From Raillietiella orientalis (taxonomy: Eukaryota): a stretch of 64,000 nucleotides of DNA. Of this stretch, positions 39,601 to 52,900 are shown piece by piece (position 1 is the stretch's first letter; each line of letters starts with the position of its first letter). A model generated the notes under the pieces. The model worked only from the letters and a program-made list of their open reading frames with translations. It did no database searches and was not told the origin of the DNA. The translations under genes were made by a program, and so were the position numbers. The DNA lies in assembly GCA_036172245.1 (NCBI GenBank), contig JAYWIR010000009.1:434001-498000 (forward strand). The letters run 5' to 3'.

Positions 39601-41649
39601 TCAAACAAACGACGAGGCGTGCAAGATGAATCGTAAGCTGAAAATCTTCTCTCTTTCAAAGAATTTCTGCATCAGCGTCCTCATCATTCAGCATGGGAAC
39701 GCTTAAAATCTTTCCATGAAGGCATGGCAAGTCATTTATTTGGAATAAAAAACAAAATCATATACCAGACAGGAAGGACAGGGACGAAGGTCATTGGAGA
39801 CGACTAGGGAAGACGAGAGAGAGGGCCAATAGATGAATGAATAAACATGACTGACAAGAGTCGCCAGAAGTGGAAAGGGGGAAAACATAGGGTGCTGCCA
39901 TCGTTTAGGGTCCAGTCTGCGCTAGTCTACGACAGTCTCTAAACTTTGCTGGGAACCACACCCTCTATTCCATCATTGCGTTTGGACCATTCTGCTATTC
40001 TTTGCATAAGTGCGATTGCAAACGGCTCCCTTGGATAGCGGCAGTACTCCCTTCCTTCGATCACTGCTGCTTGCATGTGACAGAATATAAGTAGAGGAGA
40101 CACACCCAGTCAGTCTCAAAAGGTGAGCATTCTCCTGAAGACATCATCCAGCGGTTACAGTGCCTCCGGAGAGAAGAGCAGTATTGCCGTGCTGCAGCCT
40201 GAACTTTAGGGATTCAACAGTTTTGCATGTCTTCAAATTGCAAAATGCTTCCGCGATTGCTCAAAAGAGGTTCGAGTTCTTGATGGAAATGAAAGTCAGA
40301 TTCTCCTCTGCCGCCGAACACGGACATGGTGGTGAAAGTTCATCGGGTCACCTCCCATCTTTACTGAAGCGGTCTGTTTGCGCTGTTGGGGCCACTGGCA
40401 AGGTGCGTGTCTTCCTCATAGGCAGAGGATCCTTCTTTTCTCTGGTCTGCTTTCAAAGTATTGAGATCAGAGTGATCGTCCTTTTAGATGGAATTAGCCT
40501 TGCCACTCGTGTTCCCAGGCAGTTAGGAGTACAAGTAAGAAGAGAATGCTCTTAATGTGTGTGTCTGTGTGTTTTTTTCAATTGAATGAGGAAACGTTTT
40601 TTCGCTTCCCTTGTTGTGCACCTCCGGCAGAAAATTTTGCAGGTCTTCTCATTACATCTACTCATTTGCAGATTGAGTATAACCCTTGCATTTCTCATTG
40701 CTTCTCTTCGCTGATTTTTTTTTTTTTGTTGTTTTGTCACAGAAAAAAAACGAAGGGACTCCAATCCTACCGTCACCCATGAAGTCACAACACGAAACTT
40801 GAGTCGTGTTATCCTCCCATGAACTCTGGAGAGTGTCCAGAATGATTTCCGAATTGATGTTCCTTAGTAGCTTTTAGTTTTGTTTACTTTTCCGTTCCTC
40901 CAAGTAGGCGTCGACTTCCTTCGTTCCCATTCGCTCTTGCGAAGACTGGTTCTCCCGCTCGTGAAGGCTCAGTGGCTCTATTTCCCTCTCCTGATGTCAT
41001 TATGAATTCCAATTAACCCTTCTTCCATACATCAAGTTCCATCAGAACATCGGTCATCACAGGGAAGAGCTTGTAAGGGAAAGCGCGGATTCTCCATCAC
41101 TACGGGAGTGTTTCCTGAAATCCTCGGTGTGTCGAACGAGCTCTGAGATGCACCAAACAAAAACACGTGTTGGTTTCCCTTTTAGAGAAAAACTGCTGAT
41201 CCTGGTCACCACTGGAATCACCTCAGGTCACAGATCAATCGTACACATCTCCGTGATACCTGCTTCTGCATCGCTTCCTTACCAATGAACTTCGAGTCAA
41301 CATCCACTCTACTCTCCATCCGTGATATTCACCCTGGAGTTCGAAACCGCATACCAAAGTGCTCCCCAAGATGCTCTTAAATTCTTATTTAAAAAAGTCA
41401 AGGTGATTGGATTGGATTGAGATGGCTTCATTTCTGATTGATGCGAATGTTCCGGGTATATCTGGATTGCAGGACTCCTTCTGCCATACTACAGGGAGGA
41501 GGAAGTCTCCAGGGGGACCACCTGCATCTGCAGCGGCTGTGAAAAGAAAAGCGCGGCAACTGCGAAAGATCACCTCCTGTTTCATTTATGTACTCATTGT
41601 CCATCTCCCTCCCGCTTCGGACTTCATTAGGAACCGATCTTGCACTGGT

Positions 41650-43050
41650 TCTTTTTGCTTTGCTGATTTATCTGCTCACGTCTGAAAAAGTTACTTTTGT
41701 GGGTTGTCCCTGAACCAGGCTTCCGTAAGTTCTTCAGTAGTGATCTTAGATAATTTTGAACTTCATCTGACCGTTTGCTAGCTTGTGGTTGGCGGAATAC
41801 AGCTCCCCGGACGCCTCCTCTAGCATCTTGGAGAACCTGTCCTCGGGGTGTCTGTACATCCTCGCCATCTCTCGGTTCATATCCTCCAGGACTTCTTTGA
41901 CCCACTTCAGCTTTGACCTCATCTTCAGCTCTGACAGGCTCTTTTATGCGTCGTCGTTGGCTTTCTTACCGTCGGCTTTGGAGAATTTGTCTCCCATCTC
42001 TTCCCATCGAGCATGGACGTCGATGGGCCTCCAGGAATCGCAGGTACTCGAATTGTTTCGTGAAGGCGTTTCCAGACCAAGACCGGCTTTTCTCAGGGTC
42101 TCCTTGATCTCCTAGTACTCGAAGCACTCCTCTGTCAGTTCTTCGCGTTCCGGAAGCTCTTTCCCAGAAGCGACTGGGGTCTTCGTCTCTCATCCACTCT
42201 GCGGATCCACAACCATCTCTCCACATGTGTCCTTCCCAGTTCTTTTTGCTTTATTTGGGAACTCAACTCTCAACTGTGCTTATTTTTATTTTGAATTAGC
42301 GATTCGGAGTGACTCAATGGAACAGTCTAACCCTTCGCAACCTCGGGGTGAGTCCACACGCCCTACGTATGGTCTCAATGCTGCAGAACTCACCAGACGC
42401 CCTTGAGATCCTTGCGACCGTCGTTCCCGACGCGCATAAGCAGGTGCCGAAGGAATTCCCTGAAGGTGTCCTCCGAGTGCGAAAGGCCACCTCACCATGC
42501 GCAAGGAGATGAGTTGCAGCTCAGTATCAGGAGAAAGGAAATTTCGATCTTCCTGCACCTGGCAAGATGAGGACGGGAAGTGCACTTCGTCAAGTGGTGA
42601 CGGCGACATTGCATGGTGGACTCCGGTGCAAAACAGCGTCCGTGTGTCTCTGCCATTTTGTCGACAGCACAGAATTGTCCGTATTTTATTGTGAAATCAC
42701 AGTGTCATCCAGGACAATCCATGGAAGTGTCTGCAGCATCCAGATTTTGGAGAACCATGAAGGTTTGAGGCCTGACCAGAGACACTTTTCCTTTTTGATC
42801 CGAAACGCATGGTTTCGAGGCGAGTTTCCCGGGGGAAGGCGAATTGGAACAAGGATGCGTCGATATCTGGGAATTTTGGTAGTGGGAACACGCGGAGTTC
42901 TTCCCGGTTATGTGCTTCCTGAAGCAAGACCGAGGGGATGGAACTCACGCTTAATCTGCAGCGACGAACTTTGCAGAGGTTCGATCCCGCTTCTCCTTGC
43001 ATTCGGATGTACTCGGAACGTTCATTATAATGCATGCGATTGCGGAGGTC
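41650..43050 (-). mobile_element. Decayed LINE ORF2 5' part: AP endonuclease plus linker
   Basis: IACIIMNVPS, VLLQEAHN, FALGGHLQ (GGDFN-like), then linker motifs PSRFWER and ARWEEMGDKFSK in the expected order. Confidence 0.75.
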
Positions 43051-44271
43051 ACTTCTCGACCTTTCGACTAAGATACTTGTACGGAGAGCGCAGGAAGGGT
43101 TGCCTTGGTCCCATGAGTCTGACTGAAGAAGCTGTCTATTTCATTGAGGGCAGTTGCTTCATGTTCTGATCCTGCTGAACTCTTTGTGAAGGGACTCTCC
43201 CGGGGAACCCTGAGAGAATTAGTCCTGAAAAAGATTCCACTGTCCCTCTCGGATGTCCGGCGAAGCGTCTTTGAAATTTGGTATTAAAAGCATCTGGACG
43301 AAGGCACGCACCATCTAGTTCTAGTGCGTGCGACCTGGAAATTTCAATGGAGGTGAAGCGGGATTCATCTCGGCAAAACCGCCTTTGAAGCAAGACGCAA
43401 ATTTGGGTCCTCATCGCGCGCTGCTTAATGCGAGTGCACATGGCAACCCTTCTTTGATGAGCACCCAGGTCAGGGTCATGCGCTGTGTTGGGCTTCACCG
43501 TTCGTCAAGCCACTCCGTAACGACAGATCACTTTTGTTTTGCGGGCCACAGATTTGTGCATGCAGAAAGACTGAACCTCTTATCCAATGGAGTTTCAGCG
43601 AGAAGAAGGGAAGCTGTGTAATGCAGGAGGAGACCTTGCTGCATGTACCGAACCACCACTTGTGTGCAGCAAGTCACGACGCAGTGGTGGAAAGACAAAA
43701 GATGATTGCAGCATACACTGAAACATAGAACTAGGCATCAAAGGACCAACCGATTCTTGGTGCCGATTCCACCCTATCCCCTGACCTGCAGAAAGGCAAC
43801 AGAGCTGTGATTTTTGATGTCGAATACCCCCTTGGAAATAGCGAAGAGGCACTCAACCCACTTCAGAAAGAAAAGGAGCTAGTAAAAATGCTGACATTTC
43901 CAATCCAGCGTCCAGACTGGGCCAGCTGGTCAACATTCACGCGTTCCTCGTTGCATTTCTAGGAGCACGGTATTAATTAAACATACAGATTTGCCCGACG
44001 ATGGCTCTATACCTTCAGCATATCTGGAAGAATTCAACAGTGGTGAGCAGCACACCGCTATACAGGGTGGGGACTCCAAATGAGAGATGATCGCGTCCAC
44101 CATGGGAAGGATCACCATCATCTAACATCATATATGTGTCATTGGAACTGTAATTTGGTAAGACAGGCGGGTTCCCTTGCGCGATCACGGCCACGTTTAA
44201 AGGATTTCAGTCTGGCAACTGAAAAAAATTGAATACTCCAGAAAAATGGAGGTGTGCTGCAGCTCATTATT

Positions 44272-45954
44272 ATCTTTCTGGCACATCAAGAGTCTTCCCA
44301 AAACGAGGAACGTTCGCCACGCCTCTGTCCAAGGAACAGTAGAAAACCATCCACATGTGCAGACCGGAAGCGCATCACGGGCACACGCCAGCTATCCGTT
44401 GCTGTTTTTCAGAGCGGCATGACGTTCCACCTTGGATCAGAGGTTTGCCAACTGCTTCTTCGCTCGCCACCTGCGCTTTGGGTAGCGGGTTCGTTTTCCC
44501 ATGCGAGGTGTGGCTCAACGGCCCAGCACGACAGGGAGTTGAAAGAGAGCCCCAGCCCCAATTCAGGAGACTGGGGCTTCACCGGCGACAGCTCACCATA
44601 CCTGCGGCTCCCTTTTCCTCGTCCCCATCCTCAGCAGGCCACGGAAATCGTGGAATCGTCACTTCGAAGCGGGTCCACCCCAACTCCTGCCCATTCTTTT
44701 TTGTTTGTGGATCCCATCTTCTCACTCCCGTCTACCTTTTCGACCAGGCCTCCGGTGAGGTTCGGATTCTTCCCTTTCGTGTGGGGAGGATTTCCATTTA
44801 CCCGTTTTGGCGATTGCAAGAATACGACTCTTTCACGTTGGATATTTCATCGAACGAATCACTCATCGTGACGGAATACGAAGGCCGATTCGTGGAAAGA
44901 AAACCAAATTCCTCTTTTCACGTCACCAGAGTGGTGATGGGATCTTCTTCAAGAGAGAAGGCCCTTGACAAGTACCAAGTTGTTATGGAGATGAAGACAG
45001 CCGAAGGAACTTGATCCACATGCTATTCATCCCAAATTTCCACTTTACTAACCTGAAACTCTTCGCCTCGTTGAGATGGGGAGAACATTCTTCTTCTTCG
45101 TCCTCTTGTGTGGAGCGTCCTTCGCCCTGCGAAGGCCGCTTGGAGTGTTCCATCGTTTCAGAATGAGCCATGGTGCAACGTTGTCCCGATGGGTCACCGG
45201 ACGTCGTGCAGGTTCGCCAGGTTTCATGCAGAGCTGCCAGAAACAGAAATCCGTCTTTGCGTTCTTCTTGCGAAGCTTCTCGCTTCTCCCTCTGTGAGAC
45301 GCATGTTCCGTTGAGAGAACCGGAAGCTGATTCATTGGCCGCTCTGGCAAGAATACTCGTCTACCGGTCTCTGAGAGGCATGGGATGGTGGATGCAACCT
45401 TGCATGGATTTCCGGTGCTGGTTTTGCAAGATTCTGCTCCAGTCTTCTCCTCCTGTGTGCGTCAGGAAAAATTTCCTGCTCGGAGAGAGTTTGGGATCTA
45501 AGCGGAAGGGCCACGCAATCATCTCATCAAGGAAGGGTGCTTCTATGCACCGTAAGACACCTCTCGAAGATGTTGAGAGGATGCTTGGACGTTTTGCAAG
45601 CAGCCCTGGCGACTGCATCCCATTTGGATCGGTTGGCGTCGCGAGAATTGCCACAGACAGAATTTCAGAAAGGAAGTATAAACCCCACGAAGATAACCGA
45701 GCGCTCATGGAGATTTTCGTGGCGATGAGACGAGTGCTAGACGAGTTGAGAATTGGGGTTGCATCTTGTGCCCTACATAGCGCCAGGACCTCCACTTGCT
45801 TTCGATATTCGCATTCTTTCTGGAGCTGGTGTCTCCTTGCCAGTCTTGTCCTCTGGGTGCACGGATTCTACGCGCGCCACTCACAGATATCCCTTTCAGC
45901 ATCATCAGCGAATTTCCACCCCTTCACGATATCGATAGTGAACCGACCAGCTGT
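44272..45954 (+). mobile_element. Decayed LINE ORF1 tail plus AP-endonuclease domain; 44272-45658 is an inverted duplicate of 58620-60006
   Basis: Knuckle-like ARCGSTAQH. The open frame 45170-45964 has SLCETH, SPGDC, VLDELR and SANFHP at APE-like spacing. Confidence 0.6.
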
Positions 45955-46920
45955 CAGTTTTTGACCCGGCGGCGACGGAGCCTTCATTTCAGAAGGAAAG
46001 AAAAAAAAAAAAACAGATAATTCGGGAACGCAGCTCTCAAATGAAAAAAAGAAAAAGAAAACGAATTTTAAGGGAGAGTTATCCGACCCGTAGGTCGGTT
46101 ATTGGGGCAGCTTGAAGAAGGAGGGAAGGGAACAGTAATTAAATGAATAAAGGGAGGTCGGGGATAAGGATCTTTGGCATTGGAAGCTCCTTCTGGATCA
46201 GTACTGACGCAGAATGCCGGTGATCTCTGATGCGACTCCTTCTTCTTGCAAGTGAGGCCACATCGCAGCCGTCCTCAAAGTAGGCAACTACCATACAGGT
46301 GGCATCCCTTAGCTGCACCCGAGTCCCCATCAGATGGCGGGCTGTGATGATGGCGCGGAGGAAGCACCTCGATGCAATCAGGGTGCCTGCCAAATACCCG
46401 CCATGAATACAAAATCTCTACAACAAGTCCATGGCGGTGTCCTCCCAGTGCAAGAGCTCTAAAGACACAGTTGTGCTACAGTTCCTGCAGCGCTCCCCAA
46501 TCTAAAAATAGGTGCGGGAGGGATTTAGGCACCTCAAACAGATTGGAGACTCAATTTCCCGAGAGACGAGATGTCTTCTCTGGTTAGAGAGACGGCAGTA
46601 CTGTCTGTTACCATCTCAAGAGGAATACCGAAGTGTCCAAAAACCAAGGAGGGACGGGTTACCAGTCTGCACAGCTGGCTCAGATGAATCCGCAGTTCGT
46701 CAACGGCCTTGGAAAAGAATTCTGCAGCCACGACTGTGAAGTTCAGCTGCCTAGGAACGTCAAGGCACCAGATCTTCCAAAATCCTCCTGGAGAAGGACC
46801 CCAGCAAGCTTCCTTTCTTCTGGAAATCAGGCACACAACCATCAGAACGTAGGAAATAGGATCTTTCTGGGCACATGGCTGAGTGTCTGCAAAATCATTA
46901 ATACTGACGGGCTTCTTTAA
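45955..46920 (-). mobile_element. Family A LINE 3' fragment
   Basis: PICLRCL..SLPHLFLDW, LRTAAMWPHLQEEGVASEITGILRQY, hairpin CCGACC-TACG-GGTCGG (46083-46098) and terminal CCGGGTCAAAAACT. Confidence 0.85.
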
Positions 46921-47799
46921 CTCCAGAAGTGGAAGCTTCGTTTCCACGGTAACGATGCCACTTCTATACGCAGTAACCGGTACTTTTAATGGAGGAACGA
47001 CGACCTTTAACGATGGTTGCCGCATTTTCTTTTAGGCAGTCTCTGGAACATATTAAAAAAATTCAAAACTCGGTTAGTAGCGTTAATCTCCTCGGAAGGG
47101 ATGGCCTGAATTTCCAATTAATATATTCATCCTTTTGTTCAAGGCTCAGCCCTCGGCATCACTCCTGAAAGATCTAAAAATAGCTTGCGATTGCAAAAAA
47201 AAAGAAAAGAAATGGGAACCTTGGTTTCCCCTTTCTAATAGCACGCCTTCCTGACATGCCCCTTCCTATCTTTCTGTCCTTCTGTCGGTCCCCCCAAACA
47301 GGATATTCTGGGGATTGATCCTTGTAGCTTTCCCAGATTCCTCAGTTTTTCCATGGTATTCCAACCGAATCCCATTTCTTTCGATGAAAAGAGGGTTTTC
47401 TTATGCCAGCTGGAGGACCAGACATCATTGTAACAAATGGATTTTTCTATTTCTCTGAGACACAGGGCAGCATCTCTGTGTCTCGAGAGGGCCCTACGTG
47501 GTGCTCTGCTTCCTCTGAGGGATGGCCCCTTCACGAATACGGCTGGAATTCCAGCCATCGCCGGTGTCCTCTTGCAGAGAGCTGTTCTCTGGTCTGAGTC
47601 AGACCAGGGGACCAGGAACAACGGTGCGGGCATCCACCATTGTTTCAGGACCTGGTTTTCCGGTCTGACCTTCCCATACCCTTTCCTTCCTTCCAGATTA
47701 AACAATCATTTAAACGTTCACCCCTTTTCACCCTCCAGATCTGCGTCCTAGCGGGCTTGGAGGCCATGCCAATTCGTTCCTCTTCCCGTGGCTTTTTCT

Positions 47800-48450
47800 C
47801 CGATTAGATACAAGTACACACTTTGTATGCTCCTTCATAGAATAAGCGTCCCGGCGTCACCGGGATCAAAGCGGCCCTACGCTTGTAAGCTGCATGAGCT
47901 GGGAAGAGGAGCGAATTCGATGCACTCCGTCGTGATCATGAAGTGCGCAGGCTTTGCGGGGATGGTGATGATGCCACGGTGATCGAGGACGGGAGCTGTA
48001 TCCGTTGCTCTTAGGCTCGAAAGTCACCTGACTCCTGCTGCTGGCTGGGCCTTCCGCGACTCCCGGAGCACCTTCCACAGGCGCATGGCTAGGAAGACTG
48101 ATAGGAAAGCTGGAGCTAGACATCACTTCAACAGACTTAGTCGTGACAAGATATGACTAAGTCTTCTGCTGGGAGTCTTCACTTTCTGTCCCTGAGCTTG
48201 TCCGGCTTTTGCGCATCCACGATTCTTTTCCGTCCCCAGCTTCACTCCTAGGGAAGGCAGCAACGCGTTAAAACGACGTCTTCCTTTCGTTCTCTCCAGC
48301 CTGGAGCCGCAGTACTGGTCGCCACGAAATCTGTGCCGGATGCAGGGAGTGAACACGTGACTAACAAGTTTCGCGCGGTGTACCATCGATTCAAGACGTG
48401 GATTCTTTATCGAGGAAAGAGATCATTCCGCAGCATCCCAACACTCGCCG
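47800..48450 (-). mobile_element. Decayed RT thumb fragment
   Basis: GVKLG followed by SRRLSHILSRLSLLK; weak. Confidence 0.35.
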
Positions 48451-48949
48451 AAGAGAAAGAGTGGAAGAGGAAACATGGAATGAAGCTGTGAGAATATTTC
48501 CTTCCCGTTACCATGCAGCAACAACCCATTTCCCTGAAAGAAAATAGTTGGGTACAGTTTCAGCATGTGTCAAGTGGCCAAGTGTTCATGGAGGACTGTG
48601 AAAAGACAAAAAAAAAAGAAGTTCACTATAGATATTGTCCTTTTCTTCTCCTTCCTTATTCTCAAGATACCCAGATAAATGATTACTGCTGTAAGTGCGA
48701 AAATCGCAGCGTTTGGCTTATGAAACTATGGAAACTCTTCTAGGAGACCTTCCTCTCTGCTCATTTGAGAAGGTCGAATTTCAGTGCCAAGGTTAATTTG
48801 TTTTTGCTTTTTTTTCCCTTGGGGCTCCTCCCTCATGACTGCATCTGGAAAATTCGTTGTCTGCGGTGTATCCTGAAAGAGCTTTCTCAATAGATAACTC
48901 CATCTATCAGGAGGCTAATGCATGCACGACCGATCTAGTATCTGACAGT

Positions 48950-49266
48950 CTCGGAAGTGAGACGGATAGAGCCCTCCGTGACTGGAAAAAAAATTCCAAG
49001 GAATCTCAGTTGGGTTCAGGAAAACTCCCTCCGTCATCGTCTGCGAGATGGAAAGTTTCAATTTTTGAACGAATTTTCCTTCTCCAGAAGTCGCTTTGAT
49101 CGTCGTCGCGCCTCGGACCGCTTAATATCGCTTCTTCCAAGGGCATCCCTTAGAAAAATCGTTTTTTATCACCTGCTGTCTTTCAGAATGCCCAAGGAGA
49201 ACACGGAGGAACCTTCGTGTGAAAAGTTCGAGATGGAAAAGAGATCGGCGATCGAGTTGATAAGTT
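48950..49266 (+). mobile_element. Decayed AP-endonuclease C-terminal half
   Basis: EFSFSRSRFDR (FT..SRIDR-like) followed by IVFYHLL at SDH-like spacing in ORF 48957-49268. Confidence 0.55.
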
Positions 49267-50099
49267 GAGATTGATTTCTTTCCAGGATTGTGAGGACGTG
49301 AAGACCACCATCGGATGTGCCACTCCTTGTGGTGAACGTTGCGGGCAGCATTGCACCTGATGACGCAGGATCCAATTACCAGGCACATCGTCGTTTTCCT
49401 CCTCAGTCATCGGCGACTCCCCTCAGTACTTGCGATGGTGGCCTTGTGGCTGTGGACTTTCTAATAAGCTGGGAAATAGAAGGCAGCATTTGTAGAGGGT
49501 CGACATGGTGGGTGCTGGAGGTGAGCTCTGTTTTCTTTTAACCAGTTATCTGTAATGGACGGTGTGTTAGGACTCTTGGGCTACCCTTGTTAAGGGTGAT
49601 TGTGGAAATGATGAAATGAGGATGGAGGTGTGTGGTTCCTCGTGAGGGAAAGTCGTGCGACAGCATCAGCAGAAATCTTGTGGAAATGTGTTTGTTCTCA
49701 TCACTGTGGAAACCGAATTACACCTGGATAGGAGCAAAGCAATAGAAGGACGTGAGATCATGGTACGTGGTTGTGATTCAGCATTCAGAGCTGGTATTTC
49801 CAAATTTTTCGTTTTCTTCGGTCTCATTTTGAGCATCTCAAAAAACTGCTTTCCCTTAATGCATTGCCTAAGGATCAGGATTTCCGTCCTAGTCACACCC
49901 TCCCACATCCCTCTCCTCTTCCCCTAGATTAAACACTTTTCCACCTTCCAGATCTGCGTCCTAAAGGATCCTACACATGGAGAATATTTGATTTTCCAGT
50001 CTCAACATCGTGCGATTCTAATTGCACTATGTTCAGATATGAAAATGCATACCCAGTTTTTCATTGGAATTTTTTTGTTTTTGTTTTTTCACTCAGTGT

Positions 50100-50700
50100 T
50101 GAGGATTGATAATCCTGATCACATTGATTGATCATCGTCAACACAGCTTCTTCCTGCAGTGATTGGTGACTAATTTACGAAGGATGTTGCCCCGGATTTG
50201 TTTACAGCAATCTTTGATGAAAGCACGACTGCTTCCATTGCTGCCGTTCCTTTTCCATCTCTGATTGTCTACCTTGAGACCACCGCAATGAAGAGTGCCG
50301 AATGTGTTCACATTCTCAGTGATGCCTTGTCCTTCTAACAACCCTCTTAAGATGTCTTCTTTGCCACAGTTGGATTGGCAAAACTCCTTCCAGGCTGCCA
50401 GTCGCTTCCCAGGATACTACAGTGGAAGACGTGCATTTGCGCCTGGAGCTCTCCTCAGGAGGAACAGTGTTCTGCTCTGTCTGCAGACAGCTCAGGGCTG
50501 GGCCTGGATGGAGGGGACATAAATTCTCCAGCACTTCTGTAGACCACTGCGTCTTTCACAGTGTGGTTCCATTGGCTTCCGGGGATGCAGCCACCTTGAC
50601 CTTTCAGTGTCTTCAACGCTTCATCATTTGGCGATCGAATGATTTCCCAATATTCTTCCTTACCACTTTTCTCCGTCCTTCTTCTTCCAGGCTTTAGAAT
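50100..50700 (-). mobile_element. Highly decayed RT fragment
   Basis: GLLEGQGITENVN resembles GF..GR.I.EN; weak. Confidence 0.35.
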
Positions 50701-51605
50701 TCCTCTTTAATAGAACCTTCCTCTTAATCTAATAATGGGGTTGTACAGGATTATCTGATGCATAGATTCCCCTAATGCCAGGTGTTCGGTGTCCTCAGTT
50801 AAGGGAAAAAACTGAACTTTGTTATTCGTTTGGAAATAACATCATTTACAATCTGCCTGCATGGACACGAATGTTACTAATACAGCTCCCAGTGTACACG
50901 TAAGATGGGCTTCCTTCTTCGTATTCTTCATTTTCAGAATTTCCGTATCGCTTTCAGGTCCGGCAGAGTAGCGATTCAAAGTACAATCATTATATCTTAT
51001 TTGTTTCCGAATTCCGGGTTCCATTTGTTGGACTGATTTTCTGGAATGTACGGAATGCCCTTTACGGTTCGTTTTCGAATTGGAAGTCCGGGATGTTCCT
51101 CCATAAAAGCTTGAGGGCCGAATTTGTTGCAGGGATTTCCATCCATAAAACGTTAGGATGACTATTAGAGACACCATGTACAGAATGACCCGGTATATGT
51201 ATTGGCTTAAAGTGGAGTATCGTTCCTATAGTTCCAGATTTTCATGCTTACTTGTAGTACATGATTAACTGCATTTCTTCTTCTTCTGTCATTCCACTCC
51301 TTCAGCTATTCTTGCTTGTTCGCGTATTCTCTTGACTTCTACTTACTAATACAATCCTTCTCGTTCACTTTGCATTTGAAATCCCGCAGCCAGTTTGTAT
51401 ATGACGTTATCCTTGGATCTATACATCCCGAGAATTGCTCTTTTGACACTTTTTTGAGGATCAAATGTCAAATGACCAAAGAATAGGGTTTGGATTGAAC
51501 ATTCTACCATCAGGGTAAATCTCAAAGAGATACGTCAGCAGTCATCCATGATTGGCTGAGGTGCAGCAAGCTCATGATCCAAACCAAGGAAGCTACTCTG
51601 AAACG

Positions 51606-51965
51606 CTGGGAGCTGGTGGACACCAACCAGGTCATTCCAAGAGGCAAGGAACAAGAATGACAGCCAAGCATTGAGGATCGGCTCCAAAGAAGCGTCCGCT
51701 AGAGCAATATCAGTCAAGTGGTGCGTTCTTGAGACCGTGCAGATCAGAGGTGTGGGATCGAGGAAATGATGGGGTGCTGAGAGGGCAGAAAAGCAGACGA
51801 AGTCCATCAGGAAAGAAAGGGTGCACGGGAATATCCAGTACTCCCGGGATGCGTTCTGGAAGCGTCGGACGGGGCATTGCCCGTGATGGAATGACAGGGC
51901 AAGCTAAGAAGACAGCAGTCAAACGGTGGAAACCCTCCTCTTCGCCTGTTTGTTCCCCCCTTTTT
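51606..51965 (+). repeat. Direct repeat copy 2 of 24783-25237 with an internal 96-bp deletion
   Basis: Joins ATTCCAA directly to GAGGCAAGGAACAAG, omitting 24818-24913 of copy 1. Confidence 0.85.
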
Positions 51966-51999
51966 CACTCTTATGACTCTGCGGGAGCTGCAATCACGG

Positions 52000-52900
52000 T
52001 ACCAAGGATCAGAGAGAGGTCTTTTCTCTTAATGTTGTTTTCCCCTTTGATAACTTCCTGGAGGTTTTGAAAAAATCAGCACACAAAAAAAAGAAAGCGT
52101 GTACCAGGAAGCGGCAACTCTGAGTAGGTAGAAAAAGGAGGTGGTGCAAACCAGCATCTGCTGAAGCACTGGCTGGGTCACTGGCCGTTAAACAGCGACA
52201 GCTTATCGACTGCATTCTCGACCGGCTGAGAGCGTGGAGCAAAAGACCGTGAAGATGGTGAAGAACGATTGCAAGTGAATGCAAGATACAAGTTTTCCAT
52301 TCAGAGGAGGGGTAGTCATCTCACAGCTTACGATTCATGGTGCCCCTGAGGAATCAAATTCATCTTGAGGACCATAAGCTTTGCTGACACTTCCCAAGAG
52401 TCACTGAAAGCGAAAGCGGAAAGTAATAGCAGGGATGCAATAATCCCTTTAGTACTCGATTTCTCTGATGGAGCGCAGATTCGTGTTTAACGGAATTCAA
52501 ATTCTTCTACGATTGATAGGCGTGCAGCATTCAGATTGACCCCATAGCACCAGGAGATGAAAATTGAGCTTGCGAAGGAGGAAGCCTTCCCATTTCGTTA
52601 TCATTATTTATCGTTCCCTACTGGTCACTGTTGCATCTTGCATTCTCAGGAATCCCGTATGATAAAGCATAGAGCAGAAGATGAAACTTTCCTGATAACC
52701 ATCGTCTTCTTGGTACTATTGGTGTATTTCGAATGGATTTCCGGTTCATCCGGAGAAACTTCTCGTTCTTTGCTCATTGCTCGCTTGTTTCCTTGATTTC
52801 ATTTTATCGTATCTTCAGCAATGAGGAGGAATTTGATCCAGATGCCATGATTTATAGTTGCTAAGAGTATCATCCACTTTTTTGTGTTTCAAGCTGAAAA
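52000..52900 (-). mobile_element. Highly decayed RT fragment
   Basis: EVSPDEPEIHSKY (SPG.DGI..E.Y-like) and NGKLVS; weak. Confidence 0.35.
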
